Positions 19,563 through 29,804 of a stretch of DNA of 57,997 bases are shown here, piece by piece. Source of the stretch: a bacterium (GTDB lineage Bacteria; Babelota; Babeliae; Babelales; JABGSX01); the NCBI GenBank assembly GCA_018647505.1, contig JABGSX010000013.1, positions 1 to 57,997 on the forward strand. The letters are read 5' to 3'. The notes under the pieces were generated by a model. That model did no database searches. It had not been told where the DNA came from and worked only from the letters and a program-made list of their open reading frames with translations. The first letter of the stretch is position 1. Each line of letters starts with the position of its first letter. A program made the position numbers and the translations under genes.

Positions 19563-20252
19563 TCTAATAATTGCGGCAAAATAGCAATAAACGTTGTTTT
19601 TGTTTGTGTGTTAAATTCAAATAACAATTGTTTGGGGTGCAAATAATAAGCATCCTTTCATTTGGAAGGACGCTTATTACTTTGTTTTTTAAGTCTTTTT
19701 TGGAGTTTTTATTTTCAGGAAGCAAATTTATTGTGCGAGTGGCTTGGCTGAAGTTTGCTTATTTATTGCAAAAAAAAGTTGTTTTTCATGTGCTTTTTCT
19801 TGCGTCGATAAGATGGAATCCAAAAACTTTTTGTGAAGAAATAAGATTAAACCATAAAATACTGTTGTACTTCCAAGCAATACAATATTAGGATGTTTTC
19901 CGAACCAGATACCAGTTTTTTTAATTGCGGAGCATGAATTTGAAAAACCAGCGGATGTTATTCTAGATGTTTTCTCCCATCCTGATGATGCAATGTTTTT
20001 TGCAATTTGAATTGATGCAGATGAAGTTGAAAGACAAGCGGCCTTTATTCTAGATGCCTTCTCCCATCATGATGATGCAATGCTTTTTGTCGGTGTTAGT
20101 GGGCTGGTTGTTTTTTGCGTGTCGTCACGAGCGACGGTGTTTGCGAGTTTATCACCTGGTACTGGAGTTAAGGCTGTGGTAGAGTCCGAAGCGCTTGTAA
20201 TGGTTACAGACAACAACAGGCTAAAAAACACGGCATTACGAATTTTGTTCAT
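19563..20252 (-). pseudogene. Secreted/TM protein interrupted by a nonsense codon and a probable frameshift
   Basis: TGA at 20067-69 lies in a repeat unit whose second copy has GGA. The frame continues to 19728 (including a TM, IVLLGSTTVFYGLILFL), and a shifted frame runs on to ~19563. Confidence 0.6.
19958..20089. repeat. ~45-bp direct repeat, 87-bp period (K.IASS[G/*]WEK.SRI)
   Basis: ttattctagatg..ttctcccatc[c/a]tgatgatgcaatg.tttttg at ~19958-20002 and ~20045-20089. Confidence 0.85.
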
Positions 20253-20314
20253 AAAGATTCTTTCGAATATTATTTAGGTAAAATAACTAATTGCAGTTCC
20301 AGAATTGTACTCTT

Positions 20315-20767
20315 TTACGCTATTAGTTCAAGAAGTTTTTTTTCTTGTTTTTCCATTTTTTCATATTCTGAATCTATTTTGTGGTCATAACCGAGAAGAT
20401 GGCAAATTCCGTGTACAAGTAGAACATTCAAGTAGTCGCTAAGCGAACAATTTTGCTCTTCTGCGTCAACTTTAGATTTTTCTAGGCTGATTATAATGTC
20501 GCCCAAGCTTTTGTCCTCCTCTGATGTTATTTCTATGTTCTCATCAGGTTTAAGTTTTGTGTGGTATGGAAACGACAAAATGTCTGTGGGGGTATCTTTA
20601 CCTCTAAACTTTTTGTTCATGGTTTGGATTTTAGAATTATCGGTTAACAAAATTCCAATATCAAAATCACCATAACCAAGGAAATTAAGAATTATTTGAG
20701 TGCTTTTCTTAAGACGTTCTGTGTCATAGTCGTATTTCAAAGCGTGTTTTTCGATAATGTTAATCAT
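20315..20767 (-). CDS. ybeY: rRNA maturation endoribonuclease YbeY
   Basis: N.KFRGKD.PTDILSFP; LGDIIIS; HGICHLLGYDH. Confidence 0.95.
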   Translation of the reverse strand: MINIIEKHALKYDYDTERLKKSTQIILNFLGYGDFDIGILLTDNSKIQTMNKKFRGKDTPTDILSFPYHTKLKPDENIEITSEEDKSLGDIIISLEKSKVDAEEQNCSLSDYLNVLLVHGICHLLGYDHKIDSEYEKMEKQEKKLLELIA

Positions 20768-23240
20768 CGCTGTCTTCCATGTTTATGCATGCACGCATTG
20801 TGTCACCTTCTTTTTCGATTGTGCATTTTTCACATTTATTTTTGTATGTTATTTTTTTTGCCTTTGTAATGCCTTTTACCAGTGCTTCTTCATTTTGAAT
20901 ATCTGAAATTACATTTTTTTCTTCAGAGCAAATTGTCAGTTCTTCAAGCTCTGTTTTTAATGAAAGTTGTTGTTCTGTCTTTATTTTTCTTACACGTCCA
21001 ATTGCGTACAAAATATTTTTCATAGCATTGAAGCTTTGTTCAAATTTGTGTTTTATTTGAACACCTTCAAATGTTGTTTGGTGTACGGAGTCTACACCTA
21101 CAGAGTCTTTGTAAACAATTTGGTACAGTTCTTCTGTAACGTGTGGAAGGTAGGGTGCATACATTTGTAAAATTCGCAGGCCTATGTGGCTTAAGGTTTT
21201 AAGAGTGGCTTTTATTTGCTCAGGCTTGTAATTTTCTGGATTGAAAAGTTGGTCTTTTATAACCTCAAGATAATTGTCGCAGAAATCTTTCCAGAAAAAA
21301 TGCTCTATGGAGTTTAGGGCTAGACTGAATTCATTTTTTTCAAGGTATTGTTCGTATGTGACAAAGCATTCAGAGGATGCTTGCATAATCCATTCGTTAA
21401 CAACTCCAAGATTTTTAAAATCTTTGTTATCAAGATCAGCGCCTTGAATATGTTCTTTCAAAAATCTAAATGCATTCCAAAGTTTTGTAACAAGACGATT
21501 ACCAATTTTGAATTGGTTTTCGGAAAAAGCAGTGTCTTGTCCGAGTGTTCCCGTTGCGGTCCAAAAACGTATAGTGTCTGCGGGATATCTATCCAGAAGA
21601 TTTTTTGGTGAAAGAGGATTGTTGTTTAGCGATTTTGAAATTTTCTCTTTTTTTGGACTTAGAACATGTCCTGATATGGCAATTGTTTTCCATGGTATTG
21701 TTTTAAAGTGCATCCATGATTTTACTATTGTATAAAATGCCCATGTTCTTATTATGTCGTGTGCTTGCGGTCTATAACTCATTGGGATAAATTCTAATGC
21801 ATCGGATACTTCAAACACCTTTGTTGAATTTTTGGTATATAGCATGTTGCAAATTTGTGGTGTAATTGATGAGGTGTTCCACGTGTCCATGATATCTGTG
21901 TCTGGAGTAATCTTGTTTTCGTTGCATTTTGGGCATATTTTACCTGGATAACAACTTTCTTGTGGATCGATAGGAAGCTGGTTAATGTCTGGTAGTAAAA
22001 CTTCTTGGCAGTTTTCACAGTACCAAACAGGAAACGGAATTCCGTAAAAACGTTGTCGTGATATACACCAGTCCCACTGCAAGTTTTCTACCCAGTTTTT
22101 GTACCTAGATTTCATGAATTCTGGGTGCCATGTTATTTTATCTGCTGCTTTTAAAAAATCATCTTTTGAATCAAGAATTTTAATGAACCACTGTGGAAGC
22201 TCTATAAACTCAATATCTTGTTTGCATCGTTCGTGTATGTTGACACTGTGAGATATTGGTTGTTGTTCTAATACAAGATTTTTATCTTGGAGGATTTCAA
22301 GAATTTTTTTGCGCGCCTCTATTGTTTTCAAGCCGCCTATAAAAGGGACACTTTCTAATAATTTGCCGGCTTTGTCAATTGATTGTATACACTTGAGGTT
22401 GTGCTTTTTGTACCATTCAATATCTGTTTTGTCCCCAAATGTGCAGCACATGACAAGACCTGTTCCTTTTTCAATATCAACTTTTTCATCGGCCAAAATT
22501 GGAATTTCTTGGTTGAATAACGGGACAATTGCGACATTTTCTTTAAGATTTGAATATCGCTTGTCGCTTGGATGGTAAAAGAGTGCTACGCATGATGCAA
22601 GCAACTCTGGTCTTGTTGTGGCAATTACAAGTTGGTTTCCGCTTTTGTCAGCAAATGCAATATTGCTAAAAAGTGTCTTTTTTTCTTGGTCTTCAAGTTC
22701 TGCTTGAGCAACAGATGTTCTGCAGGTTGTACAATATGGAGCCGGTTCATTTTTTCGATATATACAGTTTTGCTTATAAAGACGAATAAATGATTCTTGT
22801 GACAGCTTTCTTACGTCGTCTGATATTGTTGAGTAGCAGTAGTCCCAGTCGGCAGACAAACCAATCGCTTTCCACAAACACTCAAATTCTTTTTCAACAA
22901 GTTTTGTTTCTTCAAGGCACTTTTTTATAAATTCTGACCTTGGAAGCAGGTGCCCTTTTGTTTTTTGTTTTTTTTCTACGTATCGTTCTGTTGGCAAACC
23001 GTTGTCATCAAATCCGAAAGGATAAAAAACAGATAGTCCGCACATTCTTTTGTAACGAGCAATAATGTCAGTTTGAGTGTATGAGCAAATGTGGCCAATA
23101 TGGATAGCTCCAGAAACTGTTGGGGGAGGTGTGTCTATACTAAAAATTGGGCCATTTTTTTTGTGAGAATAGGTACCTTTTTCTTCCCAAAATTTTTGTG
23201 ATTTTTTGTCTAGAATTTGGTAATCGTAACGTTTTTCCAT
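20760..23240 (-). CDS. valS: Valine--tRNA ligase (type 2/archaeal-like)
   Basis: IDTPPPTVSGAIHIGH; GFDDNGLPTER; DWCISRQR; KISKS; 826 aa. Confidence 0.93.
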   Translation of the reverse strand: MEKRYDYQILDKKSQKFWEEKGTYSHKKNGPIFSIDTPPPTVSGAIHIGHICSYTQTDIIARYKRMCGLSVFYPFGFDDNGLPTERYVEKKQKTKGHLLPRSEFIKKCLEETKLVEKEFECLWKAIGLSADWDYCYSTISDDVRKLSQESFIRLYKQNCIYRKNEPAPYCTTCRTSVAQAELEDQEKKTLFSNIAFADKSGNQLVIATTRPELLASCVALFYHPSDKRYSNLKENVAIVPLFNQEIPILADEKVDIEKGTGLVMCCTFGDKTDIEWYKKHNLKCIQSIDKAGKLLESVPFIGGLKTIEARKKILEILQDKNLVLEQQPISHSVNIHERCKQDIEFIELPQWFIKILDSKDDFLKAADKITWHPEFMKSRYKNWVENLQWDWCISRQRFYGIPFPVWYCENCQEVLLPDINQLPIDPQESCYPGKICPKCNENKITPDTDIMDTWNTSSITPQICNMLYTKNSTKVFEVSDALEFIPMSYRPQAHDIIRTWAFYTIVKSWMHFKTIPWKTIAISGHVLSPKKEKISKSLNNNPLSPKNLLDRYPADTIRFWTATGTLGQDTAFSENQFKIGNRLVTKLWNAFRFLKEHIQGADLDNKDFKNLGVVNEWIMQASSECFVTYEQYLEKNEFSLALNSIEHFFWKDFCDNYLEVIKDQLFNPENYKPEQIKATLKTLSHIGLRILQMYAPYLPHVTEELYQIVYKDSVGVDSVHQTTFEGVQIKHKFEQSFNAMKNILYAIGRVRKIKTEQQLSLKTELEELTICSEEKNVISDIQNEEALVKGITKAKKITYKNKCEKCTIEKEGDTMRACINMEDSDD

Positions 23241-23319
23241 GATATCCGCTATTTAAAATATTAGAAAAATTATAATTGTTTTTAGGGTACAATGTAACCT
23301 TAATAGGGTCAAAATAACA

Positions 23320-25461
23320 TTACTGTTTAAGCAGATTGTGTATGTTTTGTGCCTCAACTCGGTGGCCAAGCTTTTTTAAGCATAATTCCATTTTGAGTGG
23401 GTACGAGTGCTTTTTTTCAATAGAGAAACATTTTTGATATTGCTCAAGGGCCTTTTTGTAATTTTTTGCTTTTAAATATGTTTCCGCAAGATAAAATATA
23501 ATGCTAAGTTTCTTTGGGCTGTTTTTTAGAGCTTTTTTGAAGTAAAAAACGGCTTGTTCATATTGCTTTTTGTGAAAGTAGGCCGTTCCGATATTTGCCA
23601 GAAAGTCTGTCACATTTGGCTTGTATTCAAGAGCTTGTTTGTATGCGAAAATGGCTTCGTCATATTTTTTCAATTTGAGTGCGGTAAACCCATATGAAGA
23701 AAATCCTGTTTCGTTAGTAAAGTCTTTTTTTGTGCAACAAATTTTAAAATGTCTGTAAGCATTTAGGAAGTCATTTTTTTTCGCGTGAATTTTTCCAAGA
23801 GTATAATCAAATCTACCATAAAATTTGTTTGTCTTTCTGCCTTGTGTGGCTATTTCTTCAGCTAGCTTGAGATTTCCTTTTTGGTATAGGAGTGCCGAAA
23901 GATTGTTATATGGTTCAGGGTAATTAGGATTAATTTGAACACATTTTTTAAGGAGATCGATTGCTTTTTCAGTTTGTCCAGAATAGGCGTAGTGCATTGC
24001 AAGATTGTTGTATGGGTTTGGGTAATAGGGATCTAATTTTATTGCTTTTTTAAAAAAGACTGTTGCTTTGCCGGATTGGTTGTTCTCGGATAAATGTACT
24101 CCATAGTTGTTGTTTGTTCTTGCTTTGTTTGGTGCTTGTTGCAGAGCGTTTTCCCAAAATTTTATTTTATTACTCCACACAAGGTTTCGCCGATATGTTA
24201 AAAATCCTAGCGAAGCTATCAAGATTATGTAAAACGCGACTATGCAGTTTTTTCGTCTTTCTCTTTTTCTGCAGCAAGCTAATAACGCTTTAATGACTCC
24301 AGAGCTTATTAAAAACAGTATTCCGATAGATGATAGATAGGTTTTGTAATCGTTTATCATCTCTGGAGACGGAATTATTGTTGAGCGAAGCATCAAGCCC
24401 AGAAAAAACCATATTACGCCGAAACATATTGGATTTTTCGGATCTAATTTTAACATTTTGAAAGTGTAATACAATGCCAGTATTAGAAATGCTAGTGGGA
24501 CGATGCAGCTTACATGTAATGGGCTACCAATGATTTTGTAGTCATATTCAACACTGATATTAAATGGCCAAAAAAAGATGAAAATGTAGTGCAGAATTAC
24601 CTGAAACTCGGATATAAAAAACTGTAATGGTCTTATTGGATCGTAATAGTGGTTGGTTATTGTGTTTCCGGCATTATTGTGTGTAAATTTTGTTAAAAAT
24701 TCTCCACCCAGAAAAAACGACGGCTTTAGGAATACCATTAGGATGCCAACAGAAACTAGAAAGAAAAAAGAGTATATAGAAAGTCTTTTTTTAAAGGTGG
24801 TCCAATCACCCTGGGCGATAAAAAACCAGTCAATAGAAACAAGAAGAAGCGGACAAATTATAATAATTTCCTTTGTGCCTGTTGCCAAAAAACAAAATAT
24901 TCCAGTCAAAGATAGCCAAAGCATTTTTTTATAGATTAATTTTGTTTGTAAGAATTTTGTGAAAAACAGACAAATGCTTACAATGCACAGAGTTGCAAGC
25001 CCTTCTGACTGTCCCTGAGATATATAGGAGGTCGTTTGAGACTGAACAGGATGTAGCAAAAAAAATAATGCTGTTGTGCTGGAAATATAAAGTGCGTTTT
25101 TTTGGAAAAAGTTTTTTGTTTTTAGTTTTGATAAAAGTGTGAATAAAAGAAAAAAAACACAAATCCCGCACAGGATGTGGATTGCTATATTGATGGTTCT
25201 ATACATAAAAGGGTTGAATTTTGCTACATTAAAACATAATTTATTGATCACAAATGTTAACCATCTAGTATTTCGTAGAAAAATTGCTTTGAGTGGCAAC
25301 ATTCTTAGACGGTGGAATTTAATTATAAATTCATCGTCGAATTGAAATGGATAATTTATTGATGGCAGATACACCAGCGTAGTAACAAGGACTAAGGCCA
25401 GTGGTATTAATATTTTACACCAAAGTTTTTCCCACAATATTTTTACTGGCTTGGCTTTCAT
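23320..25461 (-). CDS. TMTC-like GT-C membrane glycosyltransferase with C-terminal TPRs
   Basis: FQFDD after TM1; LHPVQSQ..YI; TKE; many TMs; RN.VW....W followed by TPR repeats. Confidence 0.8.
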   Translation of the reverse strand: MKAKPVKILWEKLWCKILIPLALVLVTTLVYLPSINYPFQFDDEFIIKFHRLRMLPLKAIFLRNTRWLTFVINKLCFNVAKFNPFMYRTINIAIHILCGICVFFLLFTLLSKLKTKNFFQKNALYISSTTALFFLLHPVQSQTTSYISQGQSEGLATLCIVSICLFFTKFLQTKLIYKKMLWLSLTGIFCFLATGTKEIIIICPLLLVSIDWFFIAQGDWTTFKKRLSIYSFFFLVSVGILMVFLKPSFFLGGEFLTKFTHNNAGNTITNHYYDPIRPLQFFISEFQVILHYIFIFFWPFNISVEYDYKIIGSPLHVSCIVPLAFLILALYYTFKMLKLDPKNPICFGVIWFFLGLMLRSTIIPSPEMINDYKTYLSSIGILFLISSGVIKALLACCRKRERRKNCIVAFYIILIASLGFLTYRRNLVWSNKIKFWENALQQAPNKARTNNNYGVHLSENNQSGKATVFFKKAIKLDPYYPNPYNNLAMHYAYSGQTEKAIDLLKKCVQINPNYPEPYNNLSALLYQKGNLKLAEEIATQGRKTNKFYGRFDYTLGKIHAKKNDFLNAYRHFKICCTKKDFTNETGFSSYGFTALKLKKYDEAIFAYKQALEYKPNVTDFLANIGTAYFHKKQYEQAVFYFKKALKNSPKKLSIIFYLAETYLKAKNYKKALEQYQKCFSIEKKHSYPLKMELCLKKLGHRVEAQNIHNLLKQ

Positions 25462-27681
25462 TTACATTTTTTGTTCAATTTGTTGTATTCTCGTCAGAAT
25501 ATTTTTGTTTATAGGAGCTTTTTTTATTTGTTGTAGTATTGCTTTACACTCCTGTTTTCTTCCAAGCATTGCTAAGCATTCTGCCTTTCGTAAAAAAACC
25601 TGCACATTGTTACTTAAAGAGCAGAACTTGTCGTATAAGGTAAGGGCTCTCGCATAATTTTTGGTCTTGAAGTATACCTCTGCAAGATTGCTTAGATTTT
25701 TAATAATCCCTGGTCTAAGTTGATATGCTTTTTCAAAAAATGGGATTGATTTATTTCCCTCATTTTTCATAATGTATATATTTCCAATGTTTATAAGTGC
25801 TTCGTTGTGTGTTGAGACACATTCAAGAGTTTTATTGTATGCCCATAGAGCTTCATCCAGTCGTTTTAGTTTTAAACAGATCATACCAAAGGCCGCGTAT
25901 CCAAGTTCATTGTCAAAGTCCCCAGTTGTGCAACCTTTTTTTAGATACGTGTAGGCTTCCTCAAAGTTGTTTTGTTTAAAGTTGATTCTGCCAAGGTTGT
26001 AATATGCTTTTCCGTAGTGGGGTCTTATTTTTAGTGCTGCCCAGAGGGCTTTTTCGGCTCTTTTGTATTCGTTTTTGTCTATTAAAAATGATGCTAGATT
26101 ATTATATGGCTCTGGAGCTCTAGGGTTAATTTTTATACTTTCCTTAAGGTGCCTTATTGCCAGTTCTTTTTGACCAAGCGCTGAGTAGCAAATTGAAATG
26201 TTATTATGTGGGTCAGGGTAAAAAGGGTCCATTTTTATTGCTTTTTTAAAATGTGGTATTCCTTCCTTAAATCGACCTCGCTCACATACCTGTACTCCGT
26301 AATTGTTGTATGCTCTGGTTTTTCCCGGTGCATTTTTTATAATGTTTTTCCAAAATTCTACTTGATCGCTCCACACAAGGTTTCTGTTGTATGTTGCTAT
26401 CCCAAGAGGCACGGCCAAAATTAAAAGAACGCCCATAATGCCATTTGTTTTTTTTAGAATGTCGGGGCATTTTTGTTTTGTGTTGATGTATACAGTTAAG
26501 AGCTTTACTATTCCTATAGCAATTATGAACAATATACCAATTGAGGATAGGTATGTTTTGTAGTCACTTACTAGTTCTGATGATGGTATTACTGTTGTGC
26601 GTGGAGAAATACCGATAAAGAACCAGGCTATACCAAACAGAACTGGATTGATCCTGTTTTTCCTATAAATTCTGTACGTTAAATAGAATATTCCTACAAG
26701 AACTAAAAAAGGTAAAAGGCAGTCAGGAGAAAAAAATCCATTTACCATTTTCCAGTCATATTCAACGCTTATGTTGAATGGCCAGAAGAAAATCCAAATG
26801 TAGTGTAAAATAACTTTAAACTCAGAGATAAAATATGGGATGGCTGTTATTGGTTCGTGGAAATGGTTGTTAATGACGTTGCCGATGTTGTTGTGAGTTG
26901 TTCCGTTCATTGTTAGTGCGCCGCAGAAAAAACTTGCCCCCAAGAATTTTGCGTACAAAGTTACAAGAATGAGCTGAAGTGTAATATATAAGGGGAGCCG
27001 TTTTTTTAGCAAACTCCAACTTCCTTGTGAAAGAAAGAACCAATCCATCAAGAACAAAATAATGGGGGATAATATTGCTATTTCCTTAGACCCTGTTGAA
27101 AATATTGCAATAACAAAAACCGCAGACAAAAATAGACCTTTTATAAAATAATCTTTTACCTGAACAAACTTTACAACGGCTAGGCATATTGTTGCTATAA
27201 ACAGTGTCGCAAGACCTTCTAGTTGACCCTGAATAATATATGATATTGTTTGTGTTTGCACGGGGTGTAATAGAAACAGCATAGAAGTTGTAAAAGCTAT
27301 AAAGAGAGAGTTTGCTTTAAAAAAGGATTCTTTTTTCAGGTTTGACAGTAAATTTTGCAATAGAAAAAAGATAACAACTCCGCAAAGGATATGGATAAAA
27401 ATATTAAATGTTCGGTAGCTAACAGGATTAAATTTCCCAATTTTGTAATGTATTGTATTAAGCCAATAACTTATCCATCTAGATCCTTTAAACATTAATT
27501 GGCTTAAGCTTGAGTTTCTGACATGAAAATATTTTGTTATGCTGGCAGCATCGTCAAATTGAAATGGATAATAAATAGAAGGGTAGTAAAATAATGCTGT
27601 AATAACTCCCAAAATTGATATAGGAATTATTTTGTATATGGAATTGATAGTTGTTGTGCTTGGTTTTTTTTGTTGAGCCAC
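25462..27681 (-). CDS. TMTC-like GT-C/TPR protein, tandem paralog
   Basis: Same motifs (YPFQFDD, LHPVQTQ, SKE, FWPFNISVEYD, DYKTYLSS, TPRs); GTG start; abuts the paralog. Confidence 0.8.
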   Translation of the reverse strand: MAQQKKPSTTTINSIYKIIPISILGVITALFYYPSIYYPFQFDDAASITKYFHVRNSSLSQLMFKGSRWISYWLNTIHYKIGKFNPVSYRTFNIFIHILCGVVIFFLLQNLLSNLKKESFFKANSLFIAFTTSMLFLLHPVQTQTISYIIQGQLEGLATLFIATICLAVVKFVQVKDYFIKGLFLSAVFVIAIFSTGSKEIAILSPIILFLMDWFFLSQGSWSLLKKRLPLYITLQLILVTLYAKFLGASFFCGALTMNGTTHNNIGNVINNHFHEPITAIPYFISEFKVILHYIWIFFWPFNISVEYDWKMVNGFFSPDCLLPFLVLVGIFYLTYRIYRKNRINPVLFGIAWFFIGISPRTTVIPSSELVSDYKTYLSSIGILFIIAIGIVKLLTVYINTKQKCPDILKKTNGIMGVLLILAVPLGIATYNRNLVWSDQVEFWKNIIKNAPGKTRAYNNYGVQVCERGRFKEGIPHFKKAIKMDPFYPDPHNNISICYSALGQKELAIRHLKESIKINPRAPEPYNNLASFLIDKNEYKRAEKALWAALKIRPHYGKAYYNLGRINFKQNNFEEAYTYLKKGCTTGDFDNELGYAAFGMICLKLKRLDEALWAYNKTLECVSTHNEALINIGNIYIMKNEGNKSIPFFEKAYQLRPGIIKNLSNLAEVYFKTKNYARALTLYDKFCSLSNNVQVFLRKAECLAMLGRKQECKAILQQIKKAPINKNILTRIQQIEQKM

Positions 27682-27811
27682 GACCGAGTCCTTTTTTTAA
27701 GTTGTTTGTTTTTTTGATTAACACAGAGATTTTATCGTGAATATTGATTTTGTCGAGTCCAACCATATAACAAGTTTGTGTGTGATAAAATCATTTGATT
27801 TGTCTGTTGAT

Positions 27812-27840
27812 TTGACCGCGAGGGCCTTTTCTTTTATATT
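27812..27840 (+). promoter_or_regulatory. Sigma70-type promoter
   Basis: TTGACC-N17-TATATT ending ~40 nt upstream of the 27880 start. Confidence 0.5.
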
Positions 27841-27879
27841 CAAAGTTGTTTATTTATACGTGCATTTGAAGGTTTTAAT

Positions 27880-28590
27880 ATGGTTGATTTGAAAAATGCT
27901 GAGTTAATTATTGGTGCGATTTCTCTTTTTGTTTCCTACTTATTTTCGGTTTCATTTTCTGGTTGGTTTCGCGCATGGGCAGCGTCAGCTGTTGGTGATA
28001 GTACAGGAAAACAACTTGGATTTATGACTCTTAATCCGTTGGTTCACATTGATTTTGTCGGTGTTATCCTTTTGTTTCTAATTAAATTTGGGTGGGGTGC
28101 GCATGTTCCTATAAATCCTTTCAATATTACTTATCCACGTCGTAATTTAAAATTGTTTTTTGCATATTTATCAGATGCATTGGCGCATTTTGTTTTGGCT
28201 ATAGTAGCTTTGTTTTTTTTGGTAGTTTTTTTCGGATTAAACGCATTGCATGTTTCAATTCCTATTATGTTGTCAGGGGTTTTATCATTTCCGAGTTTTG
28301 CAAGCAGGTTTCCCGATATATCGTCGCTTTCGATTGTGGTTATATTGATAATGGTTTTTGCGATTTATTTGAATATGATTCTGGGTGTTTTGTATCTAAT
28401 TTATAATTCATTTTTATGTCTGTTTTATATTTTTTATGGGGAGACAATATATCTCTCAGGTAAAAAAATATATTTGATTTTTGTTCCATTATTGTTTGCT
28501 ATCTTTTTTGCCTATCCCTTAAGAAAATATTTTTTGTACATGATATATCTGTTGGGGTGTTATTGGGCAAGTTTTTTGGGTATTTCTTAA
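27880..28590 (+). CDS. Site-2 protease (M50) homolog lacking HExxH
   Basis: GD.T...G..TLNPL.HID..G and FGWG..VPINP are M50 hallmarks; the HExxH position reads SGWFR. Confidence 0.75.
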   Translation: MVDLKNAELIIGAISLFVSYLFSVSFSGWFRAWAASAVGDSTGKQLGFMTLNPLVHIDFVGVILLFLIKFGWGAHVPINPFNITYPRRNLKLFFAYLSDALAHFVLAIVALFFLVVFFGLNALHVSIPIMLSGVLSFPSFASRFPDISSLSIVVILIMVFAIYLNMILGVLYLIYNSFLCLFYIFYGETIYLSGKKIYLIFVPLLFAIFFAYPLRKYFLYMIYLLGCYWASFLGIS

Positions 28591-28619
28591 TGAATTTGTA
28601 ATGTTGTAGTTGTGGTGTT

Positions 28620-29804
28620 ATGAAAATTATGAAAAATACTATTGAGAATCTAAAAAAAGGAACGGCGCAGGTTTTACCTGAGGATTGTTTTGAGAAAAAA
28701 CTTTCGTCTAAAAAAAAGTTGAAAATAAAATTAGGTATGGATCCAACGGCGCCGGATTTACACTTGGGCCATGTTGTTGTGCTTAATAAACTAAAACAGT
28801 TTCAAGATTTGGGTCATGAAATTATTTTCTTAATTGGAGATTTTACTGCTCGAATTGGCGACCCTACTGGAAAGTCTAAAACTCGTCCTCCTCTTGATGA
28901 AAAAACTATTTCTGAAAATACAAAAACATACTTTGAACAAGTCGGTCGGATTTTAGATCCCAACAAAATATCTATTCGATATAACTCTGAATGGTTGGGA
29001 AAGCTTTCTTGCAAAGAGATTGTGTCATTATGCTCTACGGTTACAGTTGCTCGCCTTACTGAGCGCGATGATTTTTCTAAGCGTCTAAAAGAAGGAACCC
29101 CCGTCGGAATGCACGAACTTTTATATCCAATTTTTCAAGGGTATGATTCTGTTGTTCTTAAGGCGGATATTGAGATTGGTGGTACAGACCAAACATTTAA
29201 TTTGCTTTTTGGTCGGTACTTACAAGAGCGTTATAATCAGGAGCCCCAGGCAATTATGACTCTTCCTCTTTTGGAGGGTCTTGACGGCAAAGAGAAAATG
29301 TCCAAGTCCCTTGGTAACTACGTAGGCTTAACCGAGAAGCCTCAAAACGCCTATGGAAAACTAATGTCGATATCAGATGAACATATGTGGAAGTATTTTC
29401 ATCTTCTGCTAGGGGTTACAGATAAAGAAATTAATGAGATGAAAAAAAGTAATGCGCATCCGATGGAGCTAAAAAAGAAAATGGCTCACGATGTTATTTC
29501 TGCGTACTGGTCAGAATCAGATGCAAGCTTGGCGCAAGATTATTTTGAGAACATATTCCAAAAAAAAGATTATTCACAGGCTGTTGTGGTTGCCATTGAC
29601 AAAAAAGCCTCAAACCCAATCTGGATTGTTCAATTACTGAAGGATCTTGGTGCTGTTAAAACAACATCCGAGGCAAAAAGACTTGTTGAGGCTGGTGCCG
29701 TTAGCGTAGATGAAAAGAAAATAGTCGGGTTTAAGGACTATGTTTCTTGGTCTTCTGGAACGTCTGTGAAAGTTGGAAAACATAAGGTTTATAAACTTTC
29801 GTGA
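28620..29804 (+). CDS. tyrS: Tyrosine--tRNA ligase
   Basis: GMDPTAPDLHLGH; GGTDQTFN; KMSKS; S4-like C-terminus. Confidence 0.96.
   Translation: MKIMKNTIENLKKGTAQVLPEDCFEKKLSSKKKLKIKLGMDPTAPDLHLGHVVVLNKLKQFQDLGHEIIFLIGDFTARIGDPTGKSKTRPPLDEKTISENTKTYFEQVGRILDPNKISIRYNSEWLGKLSCKEIVSLCSTVTVARLTERDDFSKRLKEGTPVGMHELLYPIFQGYDSVVLKADIEIGGTDQTFNLLFGRYLQERYNQEPQAIMTLPLLEGLDGKEKMSKSLGNYVGLTEKPQNAYGKLMSISDEHMWKYFHLLLGVTDKEINEMKKSNAHPMELKKKMAHDVISAYWSESDASLAQDYFENIFQKKDYSQAVVVAIDKKASNPIWIVQLLKDLGAVKTTSEAKRLVEAGAVSVDEKKIVGFKDYVSWSSGTSVKVGKHKVYKLS

Noticed and set aside
20067-20069. UGA=Gly recoding (code 25), suggested by TGA aligning with GGA in a repeat and by ATG-TGA at 18305
   Set aside because: TGA ends full-length tyrS, gspE, gspK and tamB at their expected C-termini, and long conserved genes have no internal TGA; nonsense mutations explain both cases.
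19958-20089. Direct repeat as a possible mini-CRISPR
   Set aside because: Only two ~45-bp imperfect copies with an in-frame 87-bp period inside coding sequence, and no cas genes.
27728-27792. Inverted repeat gattttatc...gataaaatc in a divergent promoter region
   Set aside because: A 9-bp AT-rich match is plausible by chance in this composition.
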